Part shown: positions 28,006 to 40,957 of the stretch, in pieces
Numbering within the stretch: position 1 is the stretch's first letter
Layout of the letters: the number at the start of each line of letters is the position of its first letter
Origin: Candidatus Nomurabacteria bacterium
Lineage (GTDB): Bacteria > Patescibacteriota > Minisyncoccia > Phycocordibacterales > UBA9973
Length of the DNA stretch: 64,000 nucleotides
Direction of reading: 5' to 3'
NCBI GenBank assembly: GCA_026395995.1
Contig: JAPLXQ010000010.1
Location: 69,296 to 133,295, forward strand
The notes under the pieces: generated by a model
What the model was told of the DNA's origin: nothing
Seen by the model: the letters and a program-made list of their open reading frames with translations, nothing else
The model's database searches: none
Program-made: the position numbers and the translations under genes

Positions 28006-28605
28006 ATGAGATTTTTAATTCCAATCATTTTAATACTAATATCAGTTGCAGGGTTTTTCATGTTTTTAAATCCAAACTATGCTCAAATAAAACTTTTAAC
28101 AAATAAAATTACTTCTTACAATACAGCCCTAACTAATTCTAAATCTTTAGAAAACGAAAGAGATAAACTTGCAACAAAATATAACTCAATAGACACAGAA
28201 AATTTAAAGAAACTATCTGTTATGTTGCCGGACAATGTAGATAATATTAGACTTATTTTGGAGATTGAAAAAATAGCAGCACCATACGGTATGGTCTTAA
28301 AAGATGTAAAATATAGTGCTGTAGTAGAACCAGTAGTTACTACTAAGGTAAAGCTAGCAAAAACAGCTGTCGTCAAAAAAGATTATGGAGATTGGGATCT
28401 AGAATTTTCTACTTCTGGTACTTATACTAATTTCATTAAACTCTTAAAAGACCTAGAACACAATCTTCGTATTGTCGACATTGCGTCTATAGATTTTTCT
28501 TCTGACGTTTCTACTGCTCCAAATACTGGAGCCTCTCTTTCTACTTCTTCACCTGATACCTATAAATTTAATTTTAAAATTAAAACTTATTGGCTTAAAA
28601 ATTAA
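28006..28605 (+). CDS. PilO-like protein
   Basis: TM helix, MLP, GTYTNF..LL..LE...RI. Confidence 0.75.
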   Translation: MRFLIPIILILISVAGFFMFLNPNYAQIKLLTNKITSYNTALTNSKSLENERDKLATKYNSIDTENLKKLSVMLPDNVDNIRLILEIEKIAAPYGMVLKDVKYSAVVEPVVTTKVKLAKTAVVKKDYGDWDLEFSTSGTYTNFIKLLKDLEHNLRIVDIASIDFSSDVSTAPNTGASLSTSSPDTYKFNFKIKTYWLKN

Positions 28606-28607
28606 AT

Positions 28608-29090
28608 ATGAACCCACAAATAAAAAAAATAATATTGTTCGTAGGTATAGCATTAGTAGTTATTTTAGTTGCAATTTTTTTCTTTAAAAAATCACCGACT
28701 ACTACAGTAAGTTTAACTTCTTCTGCTAAAAATTCTGCACCAGTGACGACTAGTGGAACAGTAGCTAAGGCTTCTCCTGTTGTCGGACAACAATTTTTAA
28801 CCACATTACTCAATATAAATAATATTAAATTAGATGATAGTATTTTTTCTGATCCTAGTTTTGCTACATTAACTAATTCAAGTATTGAACTAGTTTCTGA
28901 GGGAAATGAAGGAAGACTATGCCCATTTCTTCCAATTGGAACCGAATGTTCACCTATACTTTCTAACACAAATCCTCTTACTGGAGCTGTTTTGCCACCT
29001 ACTCCCGACAGTAGTATTATCCCTCCAGGAAATACTGTGCAAAATCCTCCAGTTAATCCACCTGCTCCATTAACAGGTGGAACAAATTAA
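28608..29090 (+). CDS. Pilus-locus membrane protein, Pro-rich tail
   Basis: TM helix; GRxxPF motif; position between pilO-like gene and pilB. Confidence 0.65.
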   Translation: MNPQIKKIILFVGIALVVILVAIFFFKKSPTTTVSLTSSAKNSAPVTTSGTVAKASPVVGQQFLTTLLNINNIKLDDSIFSDPSFATLTNSSIELVSEGNEGRLCPFLPIGTECSPILSNTNPLTGAVLPPTPDSSIIPPGNTVQNPPVNPPAPLTGGTN

Positions 29091-29092
29091 AT

Positions 29093-30841
29093 ATGAGCTT
29101 TTTAGAAGAACTTGCAAAACAAGGCTTGATAAACGAGAGCCAAATAGGGGAAATCAAAGGAAAAGCAGAAGAGAAATATGCTGGTGATATTGATGATGCT
29201 CTTTTAGAATTTGGTATTAATAAAGATAAGGCTCTAGAAATAAAGGGGCAGTATTTTTCTATGCCAATAAAAAAAATTTTAACAAAAACTCTTTCTTTTG
29301 AAGCCTTAAAATATATTCCGGAAGATTCAGCGACACATTATCATTTTGCCCCAATTGGTTTCAAAGAGGGTGTACTAGAAGTAGGTATTACTGATCCAGA
29401 AAATATTCAAGCGATGGATGCTTTGCAATTTATTTCTGCCAAATTAAACACTCCTTTTAAAATTTTTCTTATTTCCAAGAGTGACTATATGGATATCATG
29501 GAAAATTATAAAGGTATATCTGGCGAAGTAAATCCAGAGCTTAATGAAATAAATAAAGAAGAGACTGCTGATTTAAAAGATTTGAGTGAGGCCTCTCTTA
29601 GTAAGGATATAAAAGAAATAAAAATTGGTGAAGAAGCTAAAATAGTAGAATCAGCTCCGGTAATAAAAATCGTAGCTGTTATTTTGCGTAATGCTATTGA
29701 AGGAAATGCTTCAGATATACACATAGAATATACTGGTGAAAAAGTAAAAGTCCGATATCGTGTGGACGGAATACTTCATACTACAATTGTCTTACCATCA
29801 AATGTTTACAATGGTATTGTTTCCCGTATTAAAATATTAGCTAAGATGCGTTTAGATGAAAAAAGAAAACCACAAGATGGGTCTTTTTCTACAAATATTG
29901 ATGGACGAAAAATTGATTTTCGTGTTTCCACAATGCCAGCTTATTATGGAGAAAAAGTCGTGATGCGTATACTGGATTCTGAAAAGGGGGTAAAGCCACT
30001 AGATACTCTAGGTCTTTCAAAAAGAAATTTGGAAATGGTCAGAGAAGCTTTGACTCGTCCATATGGACTGATTCTTATCACTGGTCCGACTGGTTCCGGA
30101 AAATCTACTACTCTTTATTCTATGATCAATGAGTTAGACAAAGACAGAAGCAATATTGTGTCCCTTGAAGATCCAGTAGAATATCATATTCCAGATGTAA
30201 ACCAAAGTCAGATGATGCCAGAAATTGGTTATGATTTTGCTTCCGGACTCCGATCTATTTTACGTCAGGATCCAGATATTATTATGGTGGGAGAAATTCG
30301 TGACAAAGAAACAGCTCAGCTCGCTATTCAAGCAGCTTTGACGGGTCACCTTGTTCTTTCAACATTACACACTAATAATGCTATTGGTGCTGTGCCTAGA
30401 CTTGTCGATATGGGTATTGATCCATATCTAATAGCTCCAACATTGATATTGTCTATTGGTGAGAGACTTTCTCGTCTTACTTGTCCTTCTTCTAAAAAAT
30501 TATCTCAAATGGATCCTAGTGTTCGAGCTCAGCTTGAAAAATCATTAATTGATTTACCAGAAGAATATAAAAAAGAGATTACAATAGGTGAACAAATGTA
30601 TGAAACAGTTCCTTCGCCTGAGTGTCCTTCTGGAACTCGTGGACGTATTGCTGTCTTTGAAATGTTTAAGGTTGATAAGGGTATGCAAGAGGTTATTTTG
30701 AAAAACCCCGTCGGTTCTGAAATTTATAAACAAGCTAGGTCTAAGGGCATGCTAACAATGAAAGAAGATGCTATGATTAAAGCAATCGAAGGTACAATAC
30801 CTTTTCAAGAAGTTTACAATTTTACCACTGATATAGATTAA
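29093..30841 (+). CDS. pilB: Pilus assembly ATPase PilB/GspE
   Basis: ASDIHIE, GPTGSGKST, LRQDPD..MVGEIRD, TGHLVLSTLH. Confidence 0.93.
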   Translation: MSFLEELAKQGLINESQIGEIKGKAEEKYAGDIDDALLEFGINKDKALEIKGQYFSMPIKKILTKTLSFEALKYIPEDSATHYHFAPIGFKEGVLEVGITDPENIQAMDALQFISAKLNTPFKIFLISKSDYMDIMENYKGISGEVNPELNEINKEETADLKDLSEASLSKDIKEIKIGEEAKIVESAPVIKIVAVILRNAIEGNASDIHIEYTGEKVKVRYRVDGILHTTIVLPSNVYNGIVSRIKILAKMRLDEKRKPQDGSFSTNIDGRKIDFRVSTMPAYYGEKVVMRILDSEKGVKPLDTLGLSKRNLEMVREALTRPYGLILITGPTGSGKSTTLYSMINELDKDRSNIVSLEDPVEYHIPDVNQSQMMPEIGYDFASGLRSILRQDPDIIMVGEIRDKETAQLAIQAALTGHLVLSTLHTNNAIGAVPRLVDMGIDPYLIAPTLILSIGERLSRLTCPSSKKLSQMDPSVRAQLEKSLIDLPEEYKKEITIGEQMYETVPSPECPSGTRGRIAVFEMFKVDKGMQEVILKNPVGSEIYKQARSKGMLTMKEDAMIKAIEGTIPFQEVYNFTTDID

Positions 30842-30876
30842 AAGTCGTAATTATAATATAATAAAGATATAAAAAT

Positions 30877-31278
30877 ATGGAAGGAGACAAGAAAAAAATT
30901 TTAATAGTAGATGATGATACATTCCTTATTGATATGTATGCTTTGAAATTTAGCCAAGGTCCTTTTGAAGTCTATACTGCTCAAAGTGCCATGGAAGCTT
31001 TAGAAAAAATAAAAAATGGATTAACTCCAAATATTATTTTGTTAGATATTATGATGCCAGAAATGGATGGTTTTGAAATGTTAGAAAAAATGATTAATGA
31101 AAAATTGGCATTAGATTCTTTAAAAATAATTCTCTCAAACAAAGGACAACAGTCAGATATTGACCGTGGTTTACAATTGGGTGCTTCTGGTTATATTGTC
31201 AAAGCTAGTAGTACACCAGCAGAAGTGATAGATAAAGTTATGGAAATTTTAAATAAAAAATTAGCAGCAGCTAAATAA
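30877..31278 (+). CDS. Single-domain response regulator in pilus locus
   Basis: ILIVDDD, LLDIMMP. Confidence 0.9.
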   Translation: MEGDKKKILIVDDDTFLIDMYALKFSQGPFEVYTAQSAMEALEKIKNGLTPNIILLDIMMPEMDGFEMLEKMINEKLALDSLKIILSNKGQQSDIDRGLQLGASGYIVKASSTPAEVIDKVMEILNKKLAAAK

Positions 31279-31283
31279 TATCT

Positions 31284-32345
31284 ATGGATTATCAAAAAAC
31301 ACTTGAAGAATTAATATTGACAGTAATGCGAGAAGGGGGTTCAGACCTTCATCTTGGTGCTTTGCGTGTACCTGCTGTTCGTGTTTCAGGTGAACTTATT
31401 TTTTTAGTCAAAATGCCTGTCTTATCAAAAGAGGATATGTCGGCTATTTTAAATATTTTGATTGGTCAAAAAAAGTTTGATGATTTTCTTCTTAAACAAG
31501 AAATTGATTTTTCTTATGATTTTAATAACGGGCAAGCTAGACTTCGTGGTAATGCTTTTTTTCAAAAAGGTCTTATTAGTATTGCACTTCGTTTGATACC
31601 AAAAGTTCTTCCTCTCGAGGAATTAAATTTATCTCCAATGATTGCTGAGATTGCTAGAAAAAAACAAGGATTTTTTCTTTGTGTTGGCCCTGTCGGACAA
31701 GGTAAATCTACTACTCTTTCAGCGATGATTAATCTTATAAATAATGAACAAGCTCGCCATATTGTAACCATTGAAGATCCTATTGAGCATATTTATGTTC
31801 CAAATAAATCTATTATTGATCAACGCGAAGTAGGTATTGATACCGAAGATTTTCATATTGCTTTAAAATCTGCTTTTCGTGAAGATGTAAATGTTATCAT
31901 GATCGGTGAAATGCGTAATACTGAAACTATTGGGACAGCTGTCACTGCTGCTGAGACAGGACACTTGGTGCTTTCTACTCTTCATACAAATAATGCCTCT
32001 CAAACTATCGACCGTATTATTGATTCCTTCCCTGGAAGTCAGCAAGATCAAATTCGAATCCAGCTCGCTTCATCTTTGCTTGGTATATTTTCTCAAAGAC
32101 TTGTACCAAAAATAACTGGTGGATTGATACCTGCCTATGAACTACTTTTAAATAATAATGCTGTCTCGAATCTGATTCGAGAAAAGAGAACTCATGAAAT
32201 AGATGTCGTCATTGAAACAGGAACTGAAAATGGAATGATAGACCTCAATCGCTCTTTACTAGAATTGGTTCGAAAAGGTGAAATTTCAATGGAAACTGCT
32301 TATCAATATTCTTTAAATCCAAAAGGTTTAGAGAGAATGGTCTAA
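31284..32345 (+). CDS. pilT: Pilus retraction ATPase PilT
   Basis: SDLHL, GPVGQGKST, TIEDPIE, AAETGHLV.STLH. Confidence 0.93.
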   Translation: MDYQKTLEELILTVMREGGSDLHLGALRVPAVRVSGELIFLVKMPVLSKEDMSAILNILIGQKKFDDFLLKQEIDFSYDFNNGQARLRGNAFFQKGLISIALRLIPKVLPLEELNLSPMIAEIARKKQGFFLCVGPVGQGKSTTLSAMINLINNEQARHIVTIEDPIEHIYVPNKSIIDQREVGIDTEDFHIALKSAFREDVNVIMIGEMRNTETIGTAVTAAETGHLVLSTLHTNNASQTIDRIIDSFPGSQQDQIRIQLASSLLGIFSQRLVPKITGGLIPAYELLLNNNAVSNLIREKRTHEIDVVIETGTENGMIDLNRSLLELVRKGEISMETAYQYSLNPKGLERMV

Positions 32346-32352
32346 TAAAAAT

Positions 32353-33558
32353 ATGCTTTTTAAATATAAGGTTGTTGATGACAAAGGAATAAATCGAGAG
32401 GGAAGTATTGATGCACCTAATAAGGATTTTGCTATTTCCGGTCTTCAACATCGTGGTTTCATTGTCGTTTCTATTTTTGAAGAAGATGAAGTTAAAAATA
32501 TTTTTAACTTTTCTTTTTTGATGCGTATACCAGTGAAGGATGTAGTGATACTTTCTCGTCAGATCTCTACTCTTTTCGGTGCTCAGGTTTCTGCTTTGAA
32601 AGCTTTTTCTTTACTTGCTAGTAATACTGAAAACAAACTCTTAGCTAAAAAATTAACCCAAGTAGCAGATGACTTGCAATCCGGTGTATCTATTTCTGGA
32701 GCATTAGCTAAGCATCCAGATGTTTTTTCTGAGTTTTATGTGAACATGGTCAAGGCTGGTGAAGAAACAGGAAAATTAAATGAAACATTTTTATACTTGG
32801 CTGACTACTTAGATAGACAGTATGAACTCACTTCTAAAACAAAGAATGCTTTGATTTATCCGATTTTTGTTATTATTACATTTTTTGTAGTTATGGGTCT
32901 TATGTTTGTCGTCGTTATTCCGAAGCTTTCAGCTATTATACAAGACACAGCACAAACAATTCCTTTTTATACAAAAGTCGTTATTGCTATTTCCGATTTC
33001 TTTGTAAATTATGGTTTTATTTTCTTAATTTTTATTGTGCTTATGGGTATTTGGGTTTGGAGACTTTCTAGTACTGAGGCAGGTAAGACTTATTTGGATA
33101 GATTAAAATTGAACACTCCAGGTATTGGTAATTTGTATAAAAAATTGTATCTTTCTCGTATTGCTGACAATATGGACACTATGCTTTCTTCTGGGATTCC
33201 TATTGTTCGAGCGATAGATATCACTGCTGAAGTCGTGGATAGTAAAGTCTATAAAATAATCTTAAAAGATGCTGCTGAAGGCGTGAAGTCTGGACTTTCT
33301 TTTTCTATGGCCTTAGAACGTCATCCAGAATTACCTAGTATTTTGGTGCAGATGGTAAAAGTCGGAGAAGAGACAGGGGGGCTCGGTTCTATTTTAAAAA
33401 CATTAGCAACTTTTTATAAAAGAGAAGTGGATGATGCTATTGATACTCTCGTCGGACTCATTGAGCCGGTGATGATTGTCGTCCTTGGTCTTGGTGTCGG
33501 AATTTTACTTGTGTCTGTTCTCGTACCTATCTACAACGTCGCTGGAAGTATTAAATAA
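32353..33558 (+). CDS. pilC: Type IV pilus platform protein PilC (T2SSF)
   Basis: Two T2SSF repeats, GEETG, LIEP. Confidence 0.93.
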   Translation: MLFKYKVVDDKGINREGSIDAPNKDFAISGLQHRGFIVVSIFEEDEVKNIFNFSFLMRIPVKDVVILSRQISTLFGAQVSALKAFSLLASNTENKLLAKKLTQVADDLQSGVSISGALAKHPDVFSEFYVNMVKAGEETGKLNETFLYLADYLDRQYELTSKTKNALIYPIFVIITFFVVMGLMFVVVIPKLSAIIQDTAQTIPFYTKVVIAISDFFVNYGFIFLIFIVLMGIWVWRLSSTEAGKTYLDRLKLNTPGIGNLYKKLYLSRIADNMDTMLSSGIPIVRAIDITAEVVDSKVYKIILKDAAEGVKSGLSFSMALERHPELPSILVQMVKVGEETGGLGSILKTLATFYKREVDDAIDTLVGLIEPVMIVVLGLGVGILLVSVLVPIYNVAGSIK

Positions 33559-33562
33559 AACA

Positions 33563-33609
33563 ACCTCACCCTAACCCTCTCCTGGAAAGGAGAGGATGGA
33601 GAATGGGGT
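33563..33609. repeat. REP-like element
   Basis: acctcaccctaaccctctcc-tggaa-aggagagg; same family as the inserts in recG and ligA. Confidence 0.7.
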
Positions 33610-33717
33610 ACGTTTTCCACAGGTAGTATTGTTATAATTTAAACCATGTTATAATTAACCTATTAAAAATAAGTCGAAATTATTTTATTAATTATTAGTT
33701 TAAGTTTAAAAAAATTT

Positions 33718-34169
33718 ATGAAGAAAATGAATCTTAAAAAAGGTTTCACATTAATCGAATTGTTGGTTGTTATTGCAATCATCGGTATCTTGGCCTCAGT
33801 CGTATTGGCATCACTTAACTCTGCACGTACAAAAGGAAAGGATGCATCTGCAAAGACACAAGTGTTCGTTCACAAGCTGAAATATTTTACAATACTGTAG
33901 GCACAACACCTGCTAACTCTTATGGTGCTGCTGACGTTGCTGGTGCTAACCAAGCTGGTAGTGTCTGTCAAGATGGTACTGTAGCTGGTTTACTTACAGC
34001 TGCTGGTACTCAAACAGGAACTACAGCAAGTTGTCACGTTGCTGCTGATCATGGATCATACGCAACTGAAATAGTACTAGCAGACGCTAGTAGATTCTGT
34101 GTTGATAGTACAGGTTTTGCTGGTGCATCATCAGTTGCTCTTGGTTCAGGAACAGTTTGTACTCGTTAA
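33718..34169 (+). pseudogene. Type IV major pilin, frame broken after 33857
   Basis: [19 protein letters not shown]-terminus; pilin body ([10 protein letters not shown]...FCVDSTG) continues in a different frame to TAA at 34169. Confidence 0.75.
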
Positions 34170-34207
34170 TAGTACTTTTATAGTATAAAAATACTATAAT
34201 ATTTTTT

Positions 34208-34254
34208 CAAAAACCACCTTCGGGTGGTTTTTGTTTTGTGTAACATGCTATAAT
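34208..34254 (+). terminator. Terminator-promoter module repeated after each pilin
   Basis: caaaaaccacc-ttcg-ggtggtttttgttttgtgta followed by tataat; recurs at 34833 and 35461. Confidence 0.85.
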
Positions 34255-34292
34255 AGTACTATTATTAAAGTAATTAAAAATTAACATTTTAT

Positions 34293-34809
34293 ATGAAGAA
34301 AATGAATCTTAAAAAAGGTTTCACATTAATCGAATTGTTGGTTGTTATTGCAATCATCGGTATCTTGGCCTCAGTCGTATTGGCATCACTTAACTCTGCA
34401 CGTACAAAAGGAAAGGATGCATCTGCAAAGACCCACTCCACCTAATTCTTACGGAGTACCACCTACTAGTGTTTGTGAAGATTTACAAGTTCAGAAGTTG
34501 TTTACAGCCGCACATCTTCAAACACAAAGCAATGCTAGTTGTTTTGTTTCTGCTGATAGTAATTCTTATTCTGCTAGTGTAACCCTCAATGATCATACAG
34601 ATTTTTGTGTGGATAGTTCTGGTTTTGCGGGAGTAGGAACAGCTGTTCCTGTTGATGCAGATGGTAATGCTAGTTGTGGCGCTGCTGGTACTGGTGGAAA
34701 TAATAATCCTTTACCTCCTTGTGATCTTGAATCTGCACCTGGTAGTGGTTTGTTCAATTTGTTAGCTGGTGGTGCACCTGGTGGTGGTGATTGTACAATT
34801 AATCCTTAA
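34293..34809 (+). pseudogene. Type IV major pilin, frame broken after 34432
   Basis: First 140 bp identical to 33718-33857; the body (PPNSYG...FCVDSSG) is out of frame. Confidence 0.75.
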
Positions 34810-34832
34810 AAGATTTTTACATAATCACAAAA

Positions 34833-34867
34833 CAAAAACCACCTTCGGGTGGTTTTTGTTTTGTGTA
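34833..34867 (+). terminator. Terminator, repeat copy 2
   Basis: Identical to 34208-34242. Confidence 0.85.
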
Positions 34868-34914
34868 CTTGATATAATGGTTCTATTATTAAAGTAATTT
34901 AGAAAAGATATTTT

Positions 34915-35445
34915 ATGAAGAAATTAAGTTTCAAGAAAGGTTTTACATTGATAGAACTGTTGGTTGTTATTGCTATTATCGGAGTACTCGCTAGTGTTAT
35001 TTTAGCTTCAATCAATACTGCTCGTACAAAGGGAACAGATGCTGCTATTAAATCACAATTAGCAAATGCTCGTGTTCAGGCAGAGCTTACTTATGATGCA
35101 AACGGTTGTTATGGTGCTACTTGTTCTGCTTCAGCTCCAGCGATTCTTGCTCCAGGGGCATGTTCTGTCGGTATTGCACTTGCTAATAGTATTTTTAATA
35201 CATCTGTGGATTCAAAATTTTCAGCACAGATTAGTGGTGCTATTGCCAATGATATAGGAGGATATAATGCTTGTTCTGCAGCTGTCGGAGGTACTACTTG
35301 GGCTGCTTCAGTCGGTCTTCGTACAAATCCTACGATACAAGCATGGTGTGTAGATAGTAGTGGTACATCAAAACTTGAGACAATTGCTGCCAATTCACAG
35401 GCTGCTTTAAATGGAACAGTTACTGCAGCAGGTCTTTGTTTATAA
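34915..35445 (+). CDS. Type IV pilin
   Basis: [16 protein letters not shown]; WCVDSSG. Confidence 0.92.
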   Translation: MKKLSFKKGFTLIELLVVIAIIGVLASVILASINTARTKGTDAAIKSQLANARVQAELTYDANGCYGATCSASAPAILAPGACSVGIALANSIFNTSVDSKFSAQISGAIANDIGGYNACSAAVGGTTWAASVGLRTNPTIQAWCVDSSGTSKLETIAANSQAALNGTVTAAGLCL

Positions 35446-35460
35446 TTACTTTTAATCTCT

Positions 35461-35497
35461 CAAAAACCACCTAAATAGGTGGTTTTTGTTTTGTGTA
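35461..35497 (+). terminator. Terminator, repeat copy 3
   Basis: caaaaaccacct-aaat-aggtggtttttgttttgtgta. Confidence 0.85.
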
Positions 35498-35543
35498 GAT
35501 ATGCTATAATTATAATGTTTATTAATATAATTTTTAAAATTAA

Positions 35544-36332
35544 ATGATTCTTACTATTACAATACTTTTCTTTCTTTTTGGTGCTATTATAGGCAGTTTT
35601 TTGAACGTCGTAATTTACCGTTTTAATACTGGTAAAACATTTGGTGGACGTAGTATGTGTATGGCTTGCAGTAAAAGTCTTTCTTGGTATGAGCTTGTAC
35701 CTGTTTTTAGTTTTTTAATTCAAAAAGGGAAGTGTCGTAATTGTAAAGCTAAAATTTCTATTCAATACCCGTTGGTCGAAGTTTTGACTGGTTTTGTTTT
35801 TGCAGCTATTTTCTTAAAATATCAGCTTTTGTTTTGGCTTAATACTGTCGACTTCACAATAACTTTGGCTTATTATGCGACACTATTTTCTTTGTTGATT
35901 GTGATTGCTGTCTATGATGTTCGTCATAAAATAATTCCAGATATTTTAGCTTTTGTTTTTGGTTTAATTTCTTTTATTGGAATTTTCTTTTTCTTGAATG
36001 GTAATTTTTACCCACACCTTCCAGCTCTTTTAGAATATTTGTCTGGTTTAATTTTGGCTTTACCATTTGCTTTCTTTTGGCTTGTCTCTCGTGGACGATG
36101 GATGGGGCTCGGTGATGCTAAGCTATCTCTCGGACTCGGATGGATGCTCGGTCTATCTCTTGGTCTTTCTGGTCTAGTCTTAGCTTTTTGGCTTGGAGCT
36201 ATTCTGGGTATTGGACTTTTGATTTTTTCTAAAAAACATAATATAAAAAGTGAAATTCCATTTGCACCATTTTTGATTATTGGTACATTTTTGACTTTCA
36301 TTTTTGAAATGAATTTCTTCCCGTTTTATTAA
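35544..36332 (+). CDS. pilD: Prepilin peptidase
   Basis: GSFLNVVIYR, RSMC..C, MGLGDAKL, IPFAPFL. Confidence 0.95.
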   Translation: MILTITILFFLFGAIIGSFLNVVIYRFNTGKTFGGRSMCMACSKSLSWYELVPVFSFLIQKGKCRNCKAKISIQYPLVEVLTGFVFAAIFLKYQLLFWLNTVDFTITLAYYATLFSLLIVIAVYDVRHKIIPDILAFVFGLISFIGIFFFLNGNFYPHLPALLEYLSGLILALPFAFFWLVSRGRWMGLGDAKLSLGLGWMLGLSLGLSGLVLAFWLGAILGIGLLIFSKKHNIKSEIPFAPFLIIGTFLTFIFEMNFFPFY

Positions 36333-36340
36333 TTTAAAAT

Positions 36341-37084
36341 ATGGTAAATTTTTTAAAAAAAATAAAGAATAATTTATTTCACCCTTTTATTAAAAAGGGT
36401 AGTAGTCAATCTGGAATGACATATATAGAGCTAATCGTAGTCCTTACTATTTTTGGAATTATGTCTACTGTGTTGCTTTTTAAGTACGGCACATTTAATG
36501 CTCAGATTGATTTACAAAATTTATCTCAAGATATTGCCTTGCAAATAGTTTCTGCTCAAAAATCTGCTTTATCAGGTAAGTTGCCTGACATTGGTGGAGC
36601 TGGCTATGACTTAGTAAATCCTACTTCATTTCCAAATTGGAGACCTGCTTATGGTGTTTATTTTAATTCAAATCCAGCTACTGTCGCTAGTACTATTGCT
36701 AATCCAGATAACAAAAAAATTATTTCTTTTGTTGATACAAATAATGTGAAATATTACCAAGAAGGATGTAATGATTTGAATAGACCTGGTGAGACATCAG
36801 ATCAGTGTATTGATGTAATAAATATTCAAAAAGGAGATTATGTTAGTAATATTTGTACAAAGCAGAATATTTCTGATGCTGACTGCGTTAGACATGAATC
36901 TGTTTCCATTACTTTTACTCGTCCTGATTCTAGTGCTTTTATTGTCACAGAAACAAATCCTGATTTAGCAGACCTTTCTATAAACCAAGCTGCTGTGGTT
37001 ATTATTACTATTTCTTCAGAAAATGATAATACTTTAATTAAACAAATCACTATCGACGCCTCTGGTCGTATTTCAGTAAGTTAA
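36341..37084 (+). CDS. Minor pilin (FimU-like)
   Basis: GMTYIELIVVL class III signal peptide. Confidence 0.8.
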   Translation: MVNFLKKIKNNLFHPFIKKGSSQSGMTYIELIVVLTIFGIMSTVLLFKYGTFNAQIDLQNLSQDIALQIVSAQKSALSGKLPDIGGAGYDLVNPTSFPNWRPAYGVYFNSNPATVASTIANPDNKKIISFVDTNNVKYYQEGCNDLNRPGETSDQCIDVINIQKGDYVSNICTKQNISDADCVRHESVSITFTRPDSSAFIVTETNPDLADLSINQAAVVIITISSENDNTLIKQITIDASGRISVS

Positions 37085-37085
37085 T

Positions 37086-37757
37086 ATGCAAAAAATTATT
37101 AATAAAAAAGAATCAGGTTTTACTATAATTGAAGTGATGATTTCAGTCGCACTTTTTACGACTATTATTATTGTCGGTATTGGTGCTTTGATAAATGCTG
37201 GTAATTTGCATAATAAATCTTCAAAAGTCAGATCAATCCTAGATAACTTATCTTTTGTGATGGAAGATATGTCTCGTAATTTACGAACAGGTGATACTTA
37301 TTTGTGTACCAGTGACGTAGAAGCTGGTCCTGATTGTTCTGATGGAAAGCAAATTATTTTTAATAATAATACCGCTGGAGTAGCTGGTGAAAAATGGTTA
37401 TATGCTTTTACTGATTCATCTATGTACACAGGAAGTGTCAATATTATTAAAGCTACTTCTACAGACTTACAGACATTTCCAGTAATGTCTGTCGATAATA
37501 TTATTCAACTAAACCCAGACGAAATTAGACTAGACTCTTCTTCTGGTTTTACTGTAGTCGGAGCTAATACAGATGATACATTTCAACCATATGTAATAAT
37601 TAGACTTTCAGGTAAAATTATTTATAAGAATAATGAAATACCTTTTAAATTAGAGACTTCGGTATCACAAAGGTTTAATGATATTGTTTCACCTCCACCA
37701 CCAGTAGCTGGTGCACTTGGTGCAGGTCCCGTCGTGCCAGCGGTCACAATTCCTTAA
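37086..37757 (+). CDS. Minor pilin (PilW-like)
   Basis: GFTIIEVMISV. Confidence 0.8.
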   Translation: MQKIINKKESGFTIIEVMISVALFTTIIIVGIGALINAGNLHNKSSKVRSILDNLSFVMEDMSRNLRTGDTYLCTSDVEAGPDCSDGKQIIFNNNTAGVAGEKWLYAFTDSSMYTGSVNIIKATSTDLQTFPVMSVDNIIQLNPDEIRLDSSSGFTVVGANTDDTFQPYVIIRLSGKIIYKNNEIPFKLETSVSQRFNDIVSPPPPVAGALGAGPVVPAVTIP

Positions 37758-37764
37758 ATATATT

Positions 37765-38334
37765 ATGATTAATTTTTTATTAAAAACAAATAAGAATTCA
37801 AAAGGTTTCACTTTGGTTGAAACACTTGTCGCTATTTCAATATTTACTATTTCTATTTTAGGAATGATTTCAATTTTATCTAATGGTATTACTGATACAA
37901 ATTATGCTAAAGATAAGATTATTGCTACTTATTTAGCTCAAGAGGGGGTTGAATTTGTTCGTAATGTTCGAGATGATAGTGTTTTGTATAATACTACAAA
38001 TTCAGGCTGGAGTGATTTTTTAAATAGGACAACAAATTGTGTTCCAAGTGGCACAGATCAAATTTTGGGTTGTCGTATGAATGATGATTTATCAACTACT
38101 GATAATTTTGCTGCATGTGCAGATTTTTCTAGTTGTGAGTTGTATATAAATACTGGGACTAATAAATATAGCTCTGATCCTCAAAGCGGTGACGATTCTG
38201 GTTTTAGTCGTATTATTACATTGAACACTGGTGTCAGTCCTAATAAAGTTACTATAACATCAAATGTTTCTTGGATGCAAAAATCAGGAAGACAAAGTGT
38301 TTCATTTACCGAAGATTTATTTAATTTATATTAA
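37765..38334 (+). CDS. Minor pilin (PilV-like)
   Basis: GFTLVETLVAI; A.YLAQEGVE.VRN.RD. Confidence 0.8.
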   Translation: MINFLLKTNKNSKGFTLVETLVAISIFTISILGMISILSNGITDTNYAKDKIIATYLAQEGVEFVRNVRDDSVLYNTTNSGWSDFLNRTTNCVPSGTDQILGCRMNDDLSTTDNFAACADFSSCELYINTGTNKYSSDPQSGDDSGFSRIITLNTGVSPNKVTITSNVSWMQKSGRQSVSFTEDLFNLY

Positions 38335-38336
38335 AA

Positions 38337-40927
<2,591 letters not shown>

Positions 40928-40957
40928 AAAAAGTCTTTATTTTGTTATACTTTTAGT

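Noticed and set aside
34342-34809. 155-aa ORF as annotated in the track
   Set aside because: Its N-terminus is an out-of-frame reading of the pilin signal region; it is the body of the broken pilin starting at 34293
34208-35497. CRISPR or integron attC array
   Set aside because: Three repeats about 625 bp apart are explained as terminator-promoter modules; no cas gene or integrase; no attC core sites recognised
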